Virus record (IMG/VR): IMGVR_UViG_3300021091_005099
Span: 1 to 64,000 of that record
Length of the DNA stretch: 64,000 bases
Strand: one strand, 5' to 3'
Source: a virus
Positions 1-12,300 of the stretch are shown one piece after another. Made by a program: the position numbers and the translations under genes. The stretch's first letter is position 1. The number at the start of each line of letters is the position of its first letter. The notes under the pieces are model-generated. The model searched no databases, had not been told where the DNA came from, and saw nothing but the letters and a program-made list of their open reading frames with translations.

Positions 1-17
1 TACATTAGAACAAACAT

Positions 18-2360
18 ATGACAGTATTTGGAGACGCATCAACACCCAACAAAGAGTTCAGGAATACCCAGTACACTGAGTTGGATCCCGGCCCATACAT
101 CGGCATTGTCAAAGACAATGTGGACGTCACCAAAATGGGTGGATTGAAAGTGATTATTCCCAGCCTCTCAGGCACAGACGAGGGTCCTCGCTCTATGTTG
201 TATGACGTGAAATACCTAACACCGTTCTACGGAGCCAAGAGCCCCAGCGCCACAACCAAAACCGGTCCTTATGATTTTACTGACAGCCCCCACAGCTATG
301 GAATGTGGATGGTGCCACCAGACATAGACACAAGAGTATTGGTGCTATTCGTAGAAGGCAAGGTTTCACAGGGCTACTGGTTCGGCTGCGTGCAGGATCC
401 CTACACCAATCACATGATACCCGGCATCGCCGCCAGCCCCCACACCGCGCTGGGTAGCGAAGAGGGAGAATCCGACAGGGGAGTAGCACAGAAATACGGA
501 ACCAATGAAGTGCCAGCCACAGAGGTCAACAGAACCACGTGGACTGTGGCCAGCAATGAAGAAAAATTTGATAAATTGAAAAAACCTATTCATCCGTTCG
601 CCGACACCCTGAAGAGTCAGGGACTTATAACAGACAACGTGCGTGGCACCACAACCAGCTCGGCAAGGAGAGAAAGTCCAAGCGCGGTATTCGGTATCAG
701 CACCCCCGGAAGAATAGACAGCGAGCGTAAAAAGAAATTCAAGTTGGGACCCACAGACGCTAATCCTCCAAGATCTGTGGTGAGAGCAGCAGGCCACACG
801 TTTGTTATGGATGATGGAGATGCCGCAGGCCAAAATCAATTGATAAGATTGAGGACAGGTTCAGGACATCAACTGCTGATGCACGATACCAAGGGAGTGG
901 TGTACCTAGCCAATGGGTCCGGCAATGTGTGGATGGAATTCAGTGCTGATGGCAGCATAGACATTTACTCCGGAGGCGCCGTGGCGTTGCGGGCGGTGAA
1001 AGATATCAACCTCCACAGCGATAGCAATATAAACATGTTCGCAAAGGGGCAGATCAAAATGAGCGCCCTACAGAAGTTGGTTTTGGATGGTGGCATGATA
1101 CAGACCTACTCCGACACCGACACACAGATACAGTCGGGAGGTTCTTTCACCAACAAAGCTATAGATGGTTCGATCATATCCTATGCGGGCATGGCCCAAC
1201 TGCACATGGCCACCGGTCCACATCATCTAACTGGTGAAGAGGTGCATTTCAACACTACCTATACCAATCCAAACATGATATCGACATATGAAAGAACAAA
1301 ATATTATGATGAAAGTGGTACGGGCACATTGAGAGAGGACGTGCCAGAAGTGGACCTTTCACGTAAAGGTGGTGAGGCCATACTGCAGTGGACGCCAACG
1401 GGCAACGTGTCCATGTCCGGAATGCGCGTACCAACGCACGAACCATGGTTTGCACATAATGACATTGTGACCACGTTCAATGGCACAGAGGACGACACCG
1501 ATGCAGACGTGCCAGGCACCCCCGGACACGTCGCACAAATGAATAGGAACAATCCCGATGAAAACATTAGAAGGCTCCAGCAAGCAGCAGACCTTTCAGT
1601 GCATATAAAAAAATTAGACATACCCGTGACAGACGTCAAGGCCTTGACGCAGGCCGTGGAAAACTTTTATAACACTTACACTGATAGATTTCCTTCAACG
1701 GTGAAACAAGCTGCATCGTCTCTGGGCCAGGCAGCCAGCTCTACCATACAGCAGACTGTGCAGTCTATTACAAGCGGAACATTAAATGCATTGTCGCAGC
1801 AGGTGTTTGTAAATCAGGCAGGAGTGCTTTTCACGCAAGGAAACCTAGGACAGGCAGTGACTGGATCGGTCACATCTGTGCTGAATGATCTGAGCACAGG
1901 CAAGGGAGTGTTCGCCACAGCAGGCAACTTGTTGTCTGCAGGTAACGTGTTGCCTGGAGTTCAGGGATTGGCCAATCAGGCACTTGGAGGAGTGGCCAAG
2001 AGTTTCAATGCGCTGGGTGGAGTGCCTGGAGGTCTGGGCAATCTACAGAATTTTGCCAACACGTCTCTTGGTGGTCTTGGCAACTTGGCTACCAAAGGCA
2101 TTGGCAACTTGTCGGGCGTGGCAAATCAAGCCATAGGAAAAGTGGCAGGTAATGTTCTAGGCAAAGCAGGCAATGTTCTAGGCAAAGTAAATAATGTTGC
2201 AGGAGGATTAGGTATAGCTAATGACATCTACAAGGGAGTGATGGGAAAAAACATCACATCAGTGACGCAAATTAAAAGCGTGGTGGGAATGGTGGGCAAT
2301 CAGATCACTTCCAGGATAGCCAGCGTGGGCAGGAGTATAGGTAAGATTTTTGGATTTTAA
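18..2360 (+). CDS. Baseplate hub / puncturing-device protein (T4 gp5/VgrG-like) with a Gly/Ala/Asn-rich C-terminal extension
   Basis: N-terminal gp5 OB-fold-like segment (GPYIGIVKDNVD...LKVIIP...YGMWMVPPDIDTRVLVLF...YWFGC); beta-helix-type segment (GHTFVMDDG...IRLRTGSGHQLLMHD...DINLHSDSNINM); RVPTHEPW motif; lies directly upstream of gp25 and gp6. Confidence 0.8.
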   Translation: MTVFGDASTPNKEFRNTQYTELDPGPYIGIVKDNVDVTKMGGLKVIIPSLSGTDEGPRSMLYDVKYLTPFYGAKSPSATTKTGPYDFTDSPHSYGMWMVPPDIDTRVLVLFVEGKVSQGYWFGCVQDPYTNHMIPGIAASPHTALGSEEGESDRGVAQKYGTNEVPATEVNRTTWTVASNEEKFDKLKKPIHPFADTLKSQGLITDNVRGTTTSSARRESPSAVFGISTPGRIDSERKKKFKLGPTDANPPRSVVRAAGHTFVMDDGDAAGQNQLIRLRTGSGHQLLMHDTKGVVYLANGSGNVWMEFSADGSIDIYSGGAVALRAVKDINLHSDSNINMFAKGQIKMSALQKLVLDGGMIQTYSDTDTQIQSGGSFTNKAIDGSIISYAGMAQLHMATGPHHLTGEEVHFNTTYTNPNMISTYERTKYYDESGTGTLREDVPEVDLSRKGGEAILQWTPTGNVSMSGMRVPTHEPWFAHNDIVTTFNGTEDDTDADVPGTPGHVAQMNRNNPDENIRRLQQAADLSVHIKKLDIPVTDVKALTQAVENFYNTYTDRFPSTVKQAASSLGQAASSTIQQTVQSITSGTLNALSQQVFVNQAGVLFTQGNLGQAVTGSVTSVLNDLSTGKGVFATAGNLLSAGNVLPGVQGLANQALGGVAKSFNALGGVPGGLGNLQNFANTSLGGLGNLATKGIGNLSGVANQAIGKVAGNVLGKAGNVLGKVNNVAGGLGIANDIYKGVMGKNITSVTQIKSVVGMVGNQITSRIASVGRSIGKIFGF
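2145..2186 (+). repeat. 21-bp near-perfect tandem duplication encoding AGNVLGK x2
   Basis: gcaggtaatgttctaggcaaa followed by gcaggcaatgttctaggcaaa. Confidence 0.85.
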
Positions 2361-2362
2361 CG

Positions 2363-2773
2363 ATGGGCGAAAACGATAAAAGTAATAACATAGCAGGTGG
2401 GCAGCAGACGTTTAGAGGGTTCAGCTCGCGGGCCGATAAAACCAATTATAAATTGTATGATTTTGCATTGATCAAACAAGATCTGATCAATCGATTGAGT
2501 GTGAGAAAGGGCGAGCGTGTGGAAAATCCCGAATTCGGAACCATAATCTATGACCTGCTGTTCGAACCATTGACCGACGTGATCAAACAGGCAGTGGCGG
2601 ACGACATCGCACAAAATCTAAATGCGGATCCAAGATTAAGCACCAGCGAGATATTGGTAAGTGAGTCAGACCACGGCATATCGGTGCAGGCCACCATTAC
2701 CTACGTACCCTACAACATCACTGAGAAACTCACCTTTAGTTTTGACGAAAACAGCGCTTTGCGCCTTTCTTAA
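2363..2773 (+). CDS. gp25: Baseplate wedge protein gp25-like
   Basis: LIKQDLINRLSVRKGERVENPEFGTIIYDLLFEPL is the typical gp25 signature; 136 aa; lies between the gp5-like and gp6-like genes. Confidence 0.9.
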   Translation: MGENDKSNNIAGGQQTFRGFSSRADKTNYKLYDFALIKQDLINRLSVRKGERVENPEFGTIIYDLLFEPLTDVIKQAVADDIAQNLNADPRLSTSEILVSESDHGISVQATITYVPYNITEKLTFSFDENSALRLS

Positions 2774-2795
2774 TCTACGCACATTATACAATCAA

Positions 2796-2801
2796 TAAAT
2801 A
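2796..2801 (+). promoter_or_regulatory. Putative T4-type late promoter core TAAATA
   Basis: Intergenic ATAAATA 15 nt before the gp6 ATG; the same hexamer precedes other structural genes. Confidence 0.5.
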
Positions 2802-2816
2802 TCCATAGTTTAAACT

Positions 2817-5800
2817 ATGGCCATCACTGACAGACAAAATCGCTTGCTTGTAGCCGAAGATTGGCGCAAAATTTACACTGCTTTTCAACAGGCAGATTTC
2901 AAATCTTACGACTTTGAAACACTGCGAAGGACCATGGTGGCCTATCTCAGGGAAAATTATCCAGATGACTTCAATGATTTCGTGGAGAGCTCAGAGTATG
3001 TGGCGCTGATAGATCTCATAGCCTACATTGCTCAGAGTCTGAGTTTTCGAGTGGATCTGAATGCAAGAGAAAATTTTTTAGAAACCGCGGAGAGAAGGAA
3101 CAGCATTCTTAGACTGGCAAGATTGATCAATTACAATGCCAAGAGAAATTTATCAGCGTCTGGACTGTTGAAAATAGCTTCGGTATCTACGTCAGAAGAC
3201 ATCAAGGACAGCAGTGGAAATAGTTTGATTAATACCACAATCGTCTGGAATGATCCTTCAAATACAAATTATCGAGAACAATTTATCACAGTGTTGAATG
3301 CCGCCAATGTGGAAGGACAGAGATTTGGTAAACCAAAGGAGAGTGATTCTATCGGAGGTATCCCCACAGAAGTTTATACATTGAATTCCAACAACACCGA
3401 TGTGCCGGTATTTGAATTCAACAGGTCGATAAGCGGTATCAATAGACAGTTTGAGATAATGCCGTGCTCTATATCCCGGGCAGAATCTATTTACGAGCCG
3501 GCACCTATCCCCGGCACAGGTTTCACATATCTGTATAGAATAGATGGAGCAGGTGATACCAGTCCCAACACAGGATTTTTTGTTTTATTCAAGCAGGGTT
3601 CCCTAGGCAGCACAGAATTTTCAATAGTCCAACCAACCACAAATTACGTTCAACCCATCACGATCAACAACATCAACAACACTGACCTTTGGTTATACCA
3701 GCTGGATGATTTCGGACAAATAACAAAATTATGGACCAAGGTGCCAGACCTATCGGGCAGTAACGTTATCTATAACAGTTTGAAGGCCAACGTGAGAGAC
3801 ATCTACAATGTTGTTACCAAGAACAACGACAATGTTGATCTAGTGTTTGGGGATGGAAATTTTTCTAACATTCCTTTGGGCACTTTCCGAGCGTACTACA
3901 GGACCAGTGACAATGCCAAATATTCTATACAGTCAGCAGACATGCAAGGGATTACTTTCGTGGTGCCTTATCTGGACAAGTCGGGTGGACAACAAGCACT
4001 CACCGTTACCTGCTCATTGCAACAGTCAGTTTATAATTCTGCAGCATCAGAATCAAATGACAGCATCAAGACCAAAGCATCTCAGGCGTACTACGCACAG
4101 AACAGAATGATCACCGCAGAGGATTACAACGTGGTGCCACAGTCAATTTCCCAAGAAATCATCAAGATCAAAGCAAGCAATAGGACCGCCAGCGGGGTCA
4201 GCAGGTCACGAGAGATTATTGATCCAACAGGTGCTTACAGCAACGTGTCTGTGTTCGCAGATGACGGGATATTGTACAGGGAGGAAACCAAGCCACAATT
4301 CACATTCTCGTTCACCAACAGGAATGAAATCCTAGATATCATTGATAGATCCATTGAAGCAAAATTAAAAGAAGCATACTCTAGACAATTTTTTTATTTT
4401 AAATATGGAACCAAGGATTTGAGCACCCTGTCAGCCAGCTGGGTCAGCACCACCACAGGCACCAACACCAATACAGGATATTTCCAAGCAGCCGGACCGC
4501 TGACTGTGGGTGACTATTCCACAAGCAACTTGAAATATGTCAAGGTTGGGTCCCTGGTCAAATTCACCTCTCCGGACACGAGAGAATTTTTAAATGGAAA
4601 ATTAGTCACACTGGGCACAGATTTAGCAAAAAACAGAGCTTGGGCAAAAATAGCAGGAGTGGTACTGGATGGTGCCAATCAGGGAGAAGGTAATCTGGAG
4701 AATGGTACCGGACCAATCACACTGAATGATGTGATTCCAAACAACGCAGTGATCAGCGCTGTGTTTCCCCCATTTACTACCATATACGATACAGACTTAA
4801 AAAGAGACATTATAGATAGGATAGAAGCCTATGAAGAATTCGCACTGAGATTTGATGAAGAGGATTCTTTGTGGAGGGTCATAACAGCAGCGAATCTGAG
4901 CGTAAGTGATATTTTTTCTCTAGACAATGCAGGCAACACATCACAAAATAATTTAGATGCCAGCTGGTGGTTCAAATTCACCACAGATGGCAGCACATAC
5001 ACAGTGACGTACAGAGCATTGAATTATATCTTCGAGAGCGCGCAAAATAACAAATTTTATTTTGATAAAACCGACAAAGTGTATGACTACATCACAGGAA
5101 AAACTGTCAAGGATGTGGTAAAATTGTTGAAATCCAACACTGTGCCCAGCACCGGATTTGGAATTGGATACCCAATCGATTGGCAGATTGTGGACACGGT
5201 GGAGGAGGCAGACGGATATCAGGACAATAGAAAAGTAAAAGTTGGATTCTATGATGACGATGATGACGGAGTGGTGGACAATCCAGATATTTTTGATATT
5301 GTTGTGGAGCCCAACACCAGTGTTAGCACCAAATTTGTATTTTTTGAAAAATATATAGGCTACAACAGCATCGAGAGATTTAGACCATATGACGCCAGCA
5401 ATTTTGTTGTGGCCCAATACGAATCTTCTATCGTGTTGCCCGGCACTTATAGCAATGGACAACTGTTTTATTTCTATGATGTCAACGAAGACGTTGTTAA
5501 AAAATTTGATGCTGCATCGATTACCTTGGTGACAACCACAGACTACATTGCGCGAAAAGGCAGAAGCAATATAGAATTCCTCTATAAGCACACTGCCAGT
5601 CAGAACACAAGGATAGATCCTGCACAAACCAATATCATGGATATCTATATTTTGGAGAGAACTTACGACCAGTTATTTAGAACTTGGCTCACCCAAGGTG
5701 GAGAAAAACCTGTGCCTTCGACTTCAGACCAATTGAGAATCAGTTATGCTGCTGGGTTGAACTCAATCAAAGCACTGTCAGATCAAATAGTATTCCATCC

Positions 5801-6329
5801 GGTGAAATACAAAGTGTTGTTCGGTAAACAAGCAGATGAGCAATTTCAAGCCACATTCAAAGTGGTCAAGAATTCATCAACCAATGTGACCAACGCCGTG
5901 GTCAAAACTCGTGTGATTAAAGCCATCAACGAATTTTTCGCACTGGACAAGTTTGATTTTGGCGATACTTTTTATTTTACAGAGCTCGCGGCCTATGTTC
6001 ACAGTCAACTTGAAACTGATCTGCTGACAGTGGTTATAGTTCCAAATCAGATCGGACAGGGATTTGGTTCATTGTTCCAGATCAGCGGAGCATCAGATGA
6101 AATTTTTGTCAATGGAGCCACAGTTGATGACGTGGCAATTATTGATGCTATCGGAGCCAATCAATTACTAGCCAGCGGCAACGTGGTCACAAACACGACA
6201 GGATTGACGACCAGCACGAGATCGTCTTCTGCGGTATCATCTGTAACAAGTTCTGTGGTAGGCACAGGCACTTCTAGCAGCGGCAGCACTGGTGGCGGCG
6301 GTAGCGGAGGCGGCGGCGGGGGGTACTAA
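2817..6329 (+). CDS. gp6: Baseplate wedge subunit gp6-like
   Basis: DFETLRRTMVAYL...NARENFLETAERRNSILRLARLINY; VFGDGNF; ESNDSIKTKA...AQNRMITAEDY (gp6/baseplate-J motifs); Ser/Gly-rich tail. Confidence 0.88.
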   Translation: MAITDRQNRLLVAEDWRKIYTAFQQADFKSYDFETLRRTMVAYLRENYPDDFNDFVESSEYVALIDLIAYIAQSLSFRVDLNARENFLETAERRNSILRLARLINYNAKRNLSASGLLKIASVSTSEDIKDSSGNSLINTTIVWNDPSNTNYREQFITVLNAANVEGQRFGKPKESDSIGGIPTEVYTLNSNNTDVPVFEFNRSISGINRQFEIMPCSISRAESIYEPAPIPGTGFTYLYRIDGAGDTSPNTGFFVLFKQGSLGSTEFSIVQPTTNYVQPITINNINNTDLWLYQLDDFGQITKLWTKVPDLSGSNVIYNSLKANVRDIYNVVTKNNDNVDLVFGDGNFSNIPLGTFRAYYRTSDNAKYSIQSADMQGITFVVPYLDKSGGQQALTVTCSLQQSVYNSAASESNDSIKTKASQAYYAQNRMITAEDYNVVPQSISQEIIKIKASNRTASGVSRSREIIDPTGAYSNVSVFADDGILYREETKPQFTFSFTNRNEILDIIDRSIEAKLKEAYSRQFFYFKYGTKDLSTLSASWVSTTTGTNTNTGYFQAAGPLTVGDYSTSNLKYVKVGSLVKFTSPDTREFLNGKLVTLGTDLAKNRAWAKIAGVVLDGANQGEGNLENGTGPITLNDVIPNNAVISAVFPPFTTIYDTDLKRDIIDRIEAYEEFALRFDEEDSLWRVITAANLSVSDIFSLDNAGNTSQNNLDASWWFKFTTDGSTYTVTYRALNYIFESAQNNKFYFDKTDKVYDYITGKTVKDVVKLLKSNTVPSTGFGIGYPIDWQIVDTVEEADGYQDNRKVKVGFYDDDDDGVVDNPDIFDIVVEPNTSVSTKFVFFEKYIGYNSIERFRPYDASNFVVAQYESSIVLPGTYSNGQLFYFYDVNEDVVKKFDAASITLVTTTDYIARKGRSNIEFLYKHTASQNTRIDPAQTNIMDIYILERTYDQLFRTWLTQGGEKPVPSTSDQLRISYAAGLNSIKALSDQIVFHPVKYKVLFGKQADEQFQATFKVVKNSSTNVTNAVVKTRVIKAINEFFALDKFDFGDTFYFTELAAYVHSQLETDLLTVVIVPNQIGQGFGSLFQISGASDEIFVNGATVDDVAIIDAIGANQLLASGNVVTNTTGLTTSTRSSSAVSSVTSSVVGTGTSSSGSTGGGGSGGGGGGY

Positions 6330-6331
6330 TA

Positions 6332-9300
6332 ATGGCGGACAGACCTCTAGACAGCCAATCAAACTATGATGTGATCACCAACGAAAATGGTGTGACCCTT
6401 AGAAGGTCAGTAGCACATCTACCCACTTTTTTCAGAACAGATGTTAACGAACGTTTCCTAAGTGCCACACTGGACCAACTGATTCAACCAGGCAAGTTAG
6501 TCAGATTGGACGGATATGTAGGTAGAAGGAATTCTTATACCAGGTCAATCACAGATAAATTTATTGAATCGGGCATTGAAGACAGAGACAGTTATCAATT
6601 AGAGCCCACTGTAACCTACACAGACAAAGACACCTCTTCCATCAATCCAGAAGATCAAGTGAAGTTTACTGCCACCTATGATGATTACATCAATCAATTG
6701 AAATTCTTTGGCGGTGATGCAAGCAATCATGACAGACTTAATAAAGAAAAAATTTATTCTTGGGATCCAGCCATAGATTTTGACAAGTTGATAAACTACA
6801 GGGAATACTATTGGATGCCTGAAGGACCAAATCCCATATTAATCGCCAGCAGCGGAACCAACGCAGTGTCCGAAATCAATGTGACACACGGCGCACAATC
6901 CGCATATCTTTTTGGCACATATCCGGGAAGCAATAATCCGTCGATCACGCTATACAGAGGCAACACGTATAAGTTCATATTTGACACTCATGGTCATCCT
7001 TTCTACATAATGACCGAGCCATTCAAAACTGGCGTAGCTGAGGACGGCAGCACATCGGTGATATACAGCACGGGGGTCTCAGGAAACGGCATTGAGGAAG
7101 GCACGCTAACTTTCACGGTGCCCACAAGTGCTCCTGATGTGCTATACTACCAGTGCGGTAATCACCAGGCTATGCAGGGCGTATTCACCATAAGAACTAT
7201 AGGCGTAGCAACCAAGATAGATGTGGATCATGAGATCATAGGAACAAAAAACTATACTTTGAAATCAGGGACCAAATTATCAAATGGTATGAAAGTGAGA
7301 TTTGAGAACAATGTTGCCAATTCCGCCTATGCCAACAAAGAATTTTATGTTGAGGGGGTGGGCACATCTATCACGCTCACTGACACTGCCAATATGATTG
7401 TGACAGGACCTTACACAGAAGAGTCCACAGAACCATATGACGCCGTTCCCTATGCCGACAGGCCTTACTCGATCAGTTTTTATAGACCAGTAAAGCCCGA
7501 TTACATAACGATCAAGAGAGACAGCATCGATGGCAACGCCTGGAGCAGATACAACAGATGGTTCCACAGAGCAGTGATAGAGGCCACTGCTGCAGCCAAT
7601 GGTTACACACCTGTGCTGCTAGAAACAGACAGAGCCAAAAGGCCCATCATAGAATTTGATTCTGGATTATCTCTGTTCAATCACGGAACCACTGCCAAGA
7701 GATCGGTGACGTTGATAGACACAGTGACTACGGATGTGTTTTCTAAAATGGTCAATACCACAGGATACATTGTGGATGGGGTGCCACTAGTGGATGGTAT
7801 GAGACTGTTAATCACCGCAGACACAGATCCTCTAGTTAACAATAGAATTTATTTGGTAAATTTTGTCAAGGTTCAGGGGTCAGCAGTGACCACTCTGAGA
7901 CTGTCCGAAGGGTCAGACGCTTTGCCTTTGGACGGAGATGCAGTATCAGTGGAAATGGGGGCTGTCAATCAGGCAAAAACTTTTTATTACAGCACCAGTG
8001 AAAAGGCATGGATAGAGGGACAATCAAAAATGGATGTGAATCAACCACCCCTGTTCGCACTGTTTGATGAGAATCATAAAGCATTCAACAATGATGATGC
8101 GTATCCAAATTCCACTTTCACAGGATCTAGACTGTTTGAATACAAGATCAGTCCAACGTCCACAGTAGATCCTGTGCTGGGACTACAAATAAAATATTAC
8201 ACAGTAAAAAATTTGAGCGACATTGTATTCACTTCTGATTTCGCCACAGCATCTTTTCAATATAATATAGACGATAAGTCTTATACAAAAAATTTTAACA
8301 CGGGACACGCACATCAAAATCTTTCCAGAGACAGACATGTCAACAGATGTGGATGGATAGAGAGAACAGAGGAGAGCAAGCAGAGAGTCACTAGATTATT
8401 TTCGGTTGATAAAAATGAATTGAAGTTATTTCCTGTGGACGTGTTTGAAAACAGCAAATCGTTATCTGATTTATCCGTGACGGTGGATGTGAACCACGTC
8501 ACTCAAAATTTAGGCACAGATTACACCCTGGTAGACGGATTGACCTACAAATATGTGAAATTTGCGAAAAACCTAAAGGTAGATGATCTAATCAAATTGA
8601 GTTGTTACAGTTCAGCAAAAAAAATTGCCGGCAAAGGCATATATGAAATACCGGAAAACATAGCAGTAAATCCGTTCAACGCACAATTGAAAGATTTTAC
8701 ATACGGACAGATATTGAATCATTTACACGACATCAATGAAAAAAATGTGGAGATGATCGGCAAAACTCCCGGAAGCAGCAATCTCAGAGACATAGGCAAC
8801 GTGAGATTACAGGGAGGCACAATAATTCAACATGGCGCTGCTTTGCCGCAGGCGATGTTTTTATTGATAGATCAAAACGCCAACGCTATTAAGTCGATAG
8901 AATACTGTAACTCTGAATATACAAAATTCAAAGAAACGTTTCTAGCAAACAAGTCGGGATCACTGCATGAGGGTTCTATCGCAAGTAGAGTAGACGAAAT
9001 AATCAAAAATATTTCTGAAAATAAGAATGTAAGTTTTCCTTTCTATTACGATGACATGATAGGGCATGGAGAAAATCTCTCAGTGAGAAAATACACAGTG
9101 CAAGATCCTGAAGAAATAGAGTATGCCATCGATTCACAATTTGATACGACTACAGCGAGCAAAAGAGCGGTCTACATATACCTCAATGATCAAATATTGC
9201 TGTTGGGGTATGACTATAATTTCAGTGCCGAAACAGATGGTGTTACCATAACCGCCACGTTAGCTGCTGGAGATATTATCACCATCAAAGATTACGCAAG

Positions 9301-12300
9301 CACTGTGGGCAGCTTCGTGCCTCCCACACCAACCAAATTGGGAATTTATCCAAAATTCAAACCTGAAAAAATCATAGACAATACCTATAGAACATCCGTG
9401 AACGTGATTGTGGGGCATGACGGCAGCAGAACTATTGCCTTTGGTGATTATCGAGACGATCTTTTACTAGAGCTGGAAAAAAGAATTTACAACAATTGCA
9501 AAACTTCATTCAACACAGATTTATTGTCCGAAGATGATGTGAGACCAGGGGTGTTTAGAACCACAGAATACAACAACAGCGAAATTGACAAAATATTGAG
9601 CTTAGATTTTTATGCTTGGGCAGGACAAAATGGCATAGAATATCAAAACAATTTACACTACGACGAAAACGATTTTTTCACTTTTAATTACAGCAAAAAT
9701 AAAAATATTAAAAACGGAGAGAAGTTACCTGGATACTGGAGAGGCATATACAAATATTTCTATGACACGGATAGACCACACACACATCCTTGGGAAATGT
9801 TGGGCCACAGTGAAAGACCTTCCTGGTGGGTAGGCACATATGGACCGGCACCTTATACTTCGGGCAATGAATTATTGTGGAATGATCTGGCAGCAGGCTA
9901 TGACACAGGATTGAAGAAAACTGTCGAAAAATACAAGAGATCTGGGCTGTCTGGCTATATCCCAGTGGATGCCAATGGTAATTTAAAATCGCCTGTCGCC
10001 ATTGGCTTGATAGATCAATATCAAAATCTTGGAATAAAAGAACGTTGGAAGTTCGGAGATCAAGGACCTAGCGAAACGGCATGGCGCAGAAGCAGCCAAT
10101 ATCCTTTCAGCGTGATGAAGTTATTGGCACTCACCAAACCAGCCAAATTCTTTGGATATTTCTTAGACAATAGTAGATTAGGAAAAAATGTGGCAGGAAA
10201 TTATGTCAATACCAAGACACAAGTAGCACCCACGCTGGCATCTTCCACATACTATTTGGATACCACGGGCGGATCCACGCCAAGTATCACAGCTGGGTAT
10301 CAGCCGTTCATTGTCAACTATTTGATCAAATGCGGGCTAGATCCTGCCGCTTTCTTTTACGACAAAATGAAAAATCTTAATGTGCAATTGGCATACAAAT
10401 TGGGAGGATTCACAGATAAACAAAATTTGAAAATTTTGACGGACAGCGTGAGCCCAGGCTCCACTTCCGGATCCCAATTCATTCCAGACGAAAACTACAA
10501 AGTTGCATTTAGGGTCAGTAACCCTGTAAGGGATTACGATTATTCTGGGGTGTTGGTGGAATTGAATTCAAATGTTACCAGCGATGGCAGCACTCTTGAA
10601 GGAGGATACAAGATCATTGGATACAACAATATAAAACCTTATTTCAGGATTCTTAAACCCGTAGAGAATAACAATTTACACTCGATCTCCATTGGCAACA
10701 GCAGTGCAATCATCTACAATGATTACAGTGAGAACGAGACTGTTGTTCCTTATGGCACTGTATTCAATACCACGCAACAGGTGATCAATTTCTTGGTAGG
10801 CTATGGAAAATATCTAGAATCTCAAGGATTTGTCTTTGATAACTTCAGCAATGAAATAGGAGAGATAAACAACTGGGAAACTTCGGCCAAGGAATTCCTT
10901 TACTGGACCAGGCAAAGTTGGGCGGCAGGTTCGGCCATAACATTGAGCCCGGGAGCTGCGGGATTCGTGCTTAAGACCAGCAACAGTGTGATCAGCAAAT
11001 TTCAAAATACATTGGGGCAATACTCTGTGTTGGATTCTGGCGGCCGCGCGATAGGAACTCAATATATTTCAACCAAACGCATCGGCAATAAATTTTCTAT
11101 TTCTATGAAAAATACGGAAGAGGGCATCTATAACATTTCAATGTGTGCCGTGCAGAAAGAACAGATTCTACTTTTTGACAACATCACGGTGTTCTCCGAC
11201 ATCATATTTGAACTGGTTACAGGATTCCGCCAGCAGAGATTGAAACTAGTGGGATGGAAAACCGCTGACTGGAACGGGGATTATTATTCTCCAGGATTTG
11301 TATTTGATGAAGCCAAGGTGGACAGATGGGTGGCAAACAGGGATTACCAAATAGGAAACACAGTTGAGTATCTCAATGGATTCTATACAGCCAAACAGAA
11401 CCACAATTCTGGCCTGAAATTTGAGTTTGAGAGATGGACTAAAAAAAAAGCCAAACCATCTGCCCAACTGATACCTAACTTTGATTATAAAATTTCTCAG
11501 TTCAATGATTTCTATAATTTGGAAACCAACAACTTTGACGAGACCCAACAGAAATTGGCACAGCATTTGACAGGATATCAATCTCGGCCCTATCTGGAAA
11601 ACCTCTTCTTGAACGATGTTTCTCAATATAAATTCTATCAAGGATTCATCAGGGAGAAGGGCACGCTGAACGCTATAGACAGATTGGTCAAGGCCAAATT
11701 TTATGGAGAGGACATCAATATAAATGCTTATTCGGAATGGATGATAAAGGTTGGAGAATTTGGAAATCTAGACGGCAGCAAATCGATACAATTGATACTG
11801 CCCGATAATAATTTCACCAGCAACGCTCAAAGCATTGAATTGTTGAATGATGATAATGACGCAGAAGATTACGCGAGATCACTTTCCATAATCAGTGATA
11901 ATTTTTACTCCAAGCCATTGGAGTACTCAGCTTCCAACACATTTTCTAAATATGATTATTCCCAGCAGGGATATGACAGAGATTTTGTGCAAAAATACAA
12001 AACTGCAGGCTATGTGAGAATCACAGATGCGCAACACACCGCGTTCAACGTATCAGATATATTGAATCTAGATGTCAACAGGATCAACAACAAGGACCTA
12101 ATATGGATAGCAAAAAAATCCAACAATGATTGGGACGTGCAGAGGATCACTTACACGGGACTAAACCTTATCACAATAAAACCAGTCAACAACAATACAC
12201 AAGTAATTTTGGGATTCAACGGGGTGCACAAGTTGACAGCCGACCAATACATAGCCATAAACAACAGCCAGTTCCCTAATATGAATAAGGTGTATCAGGT

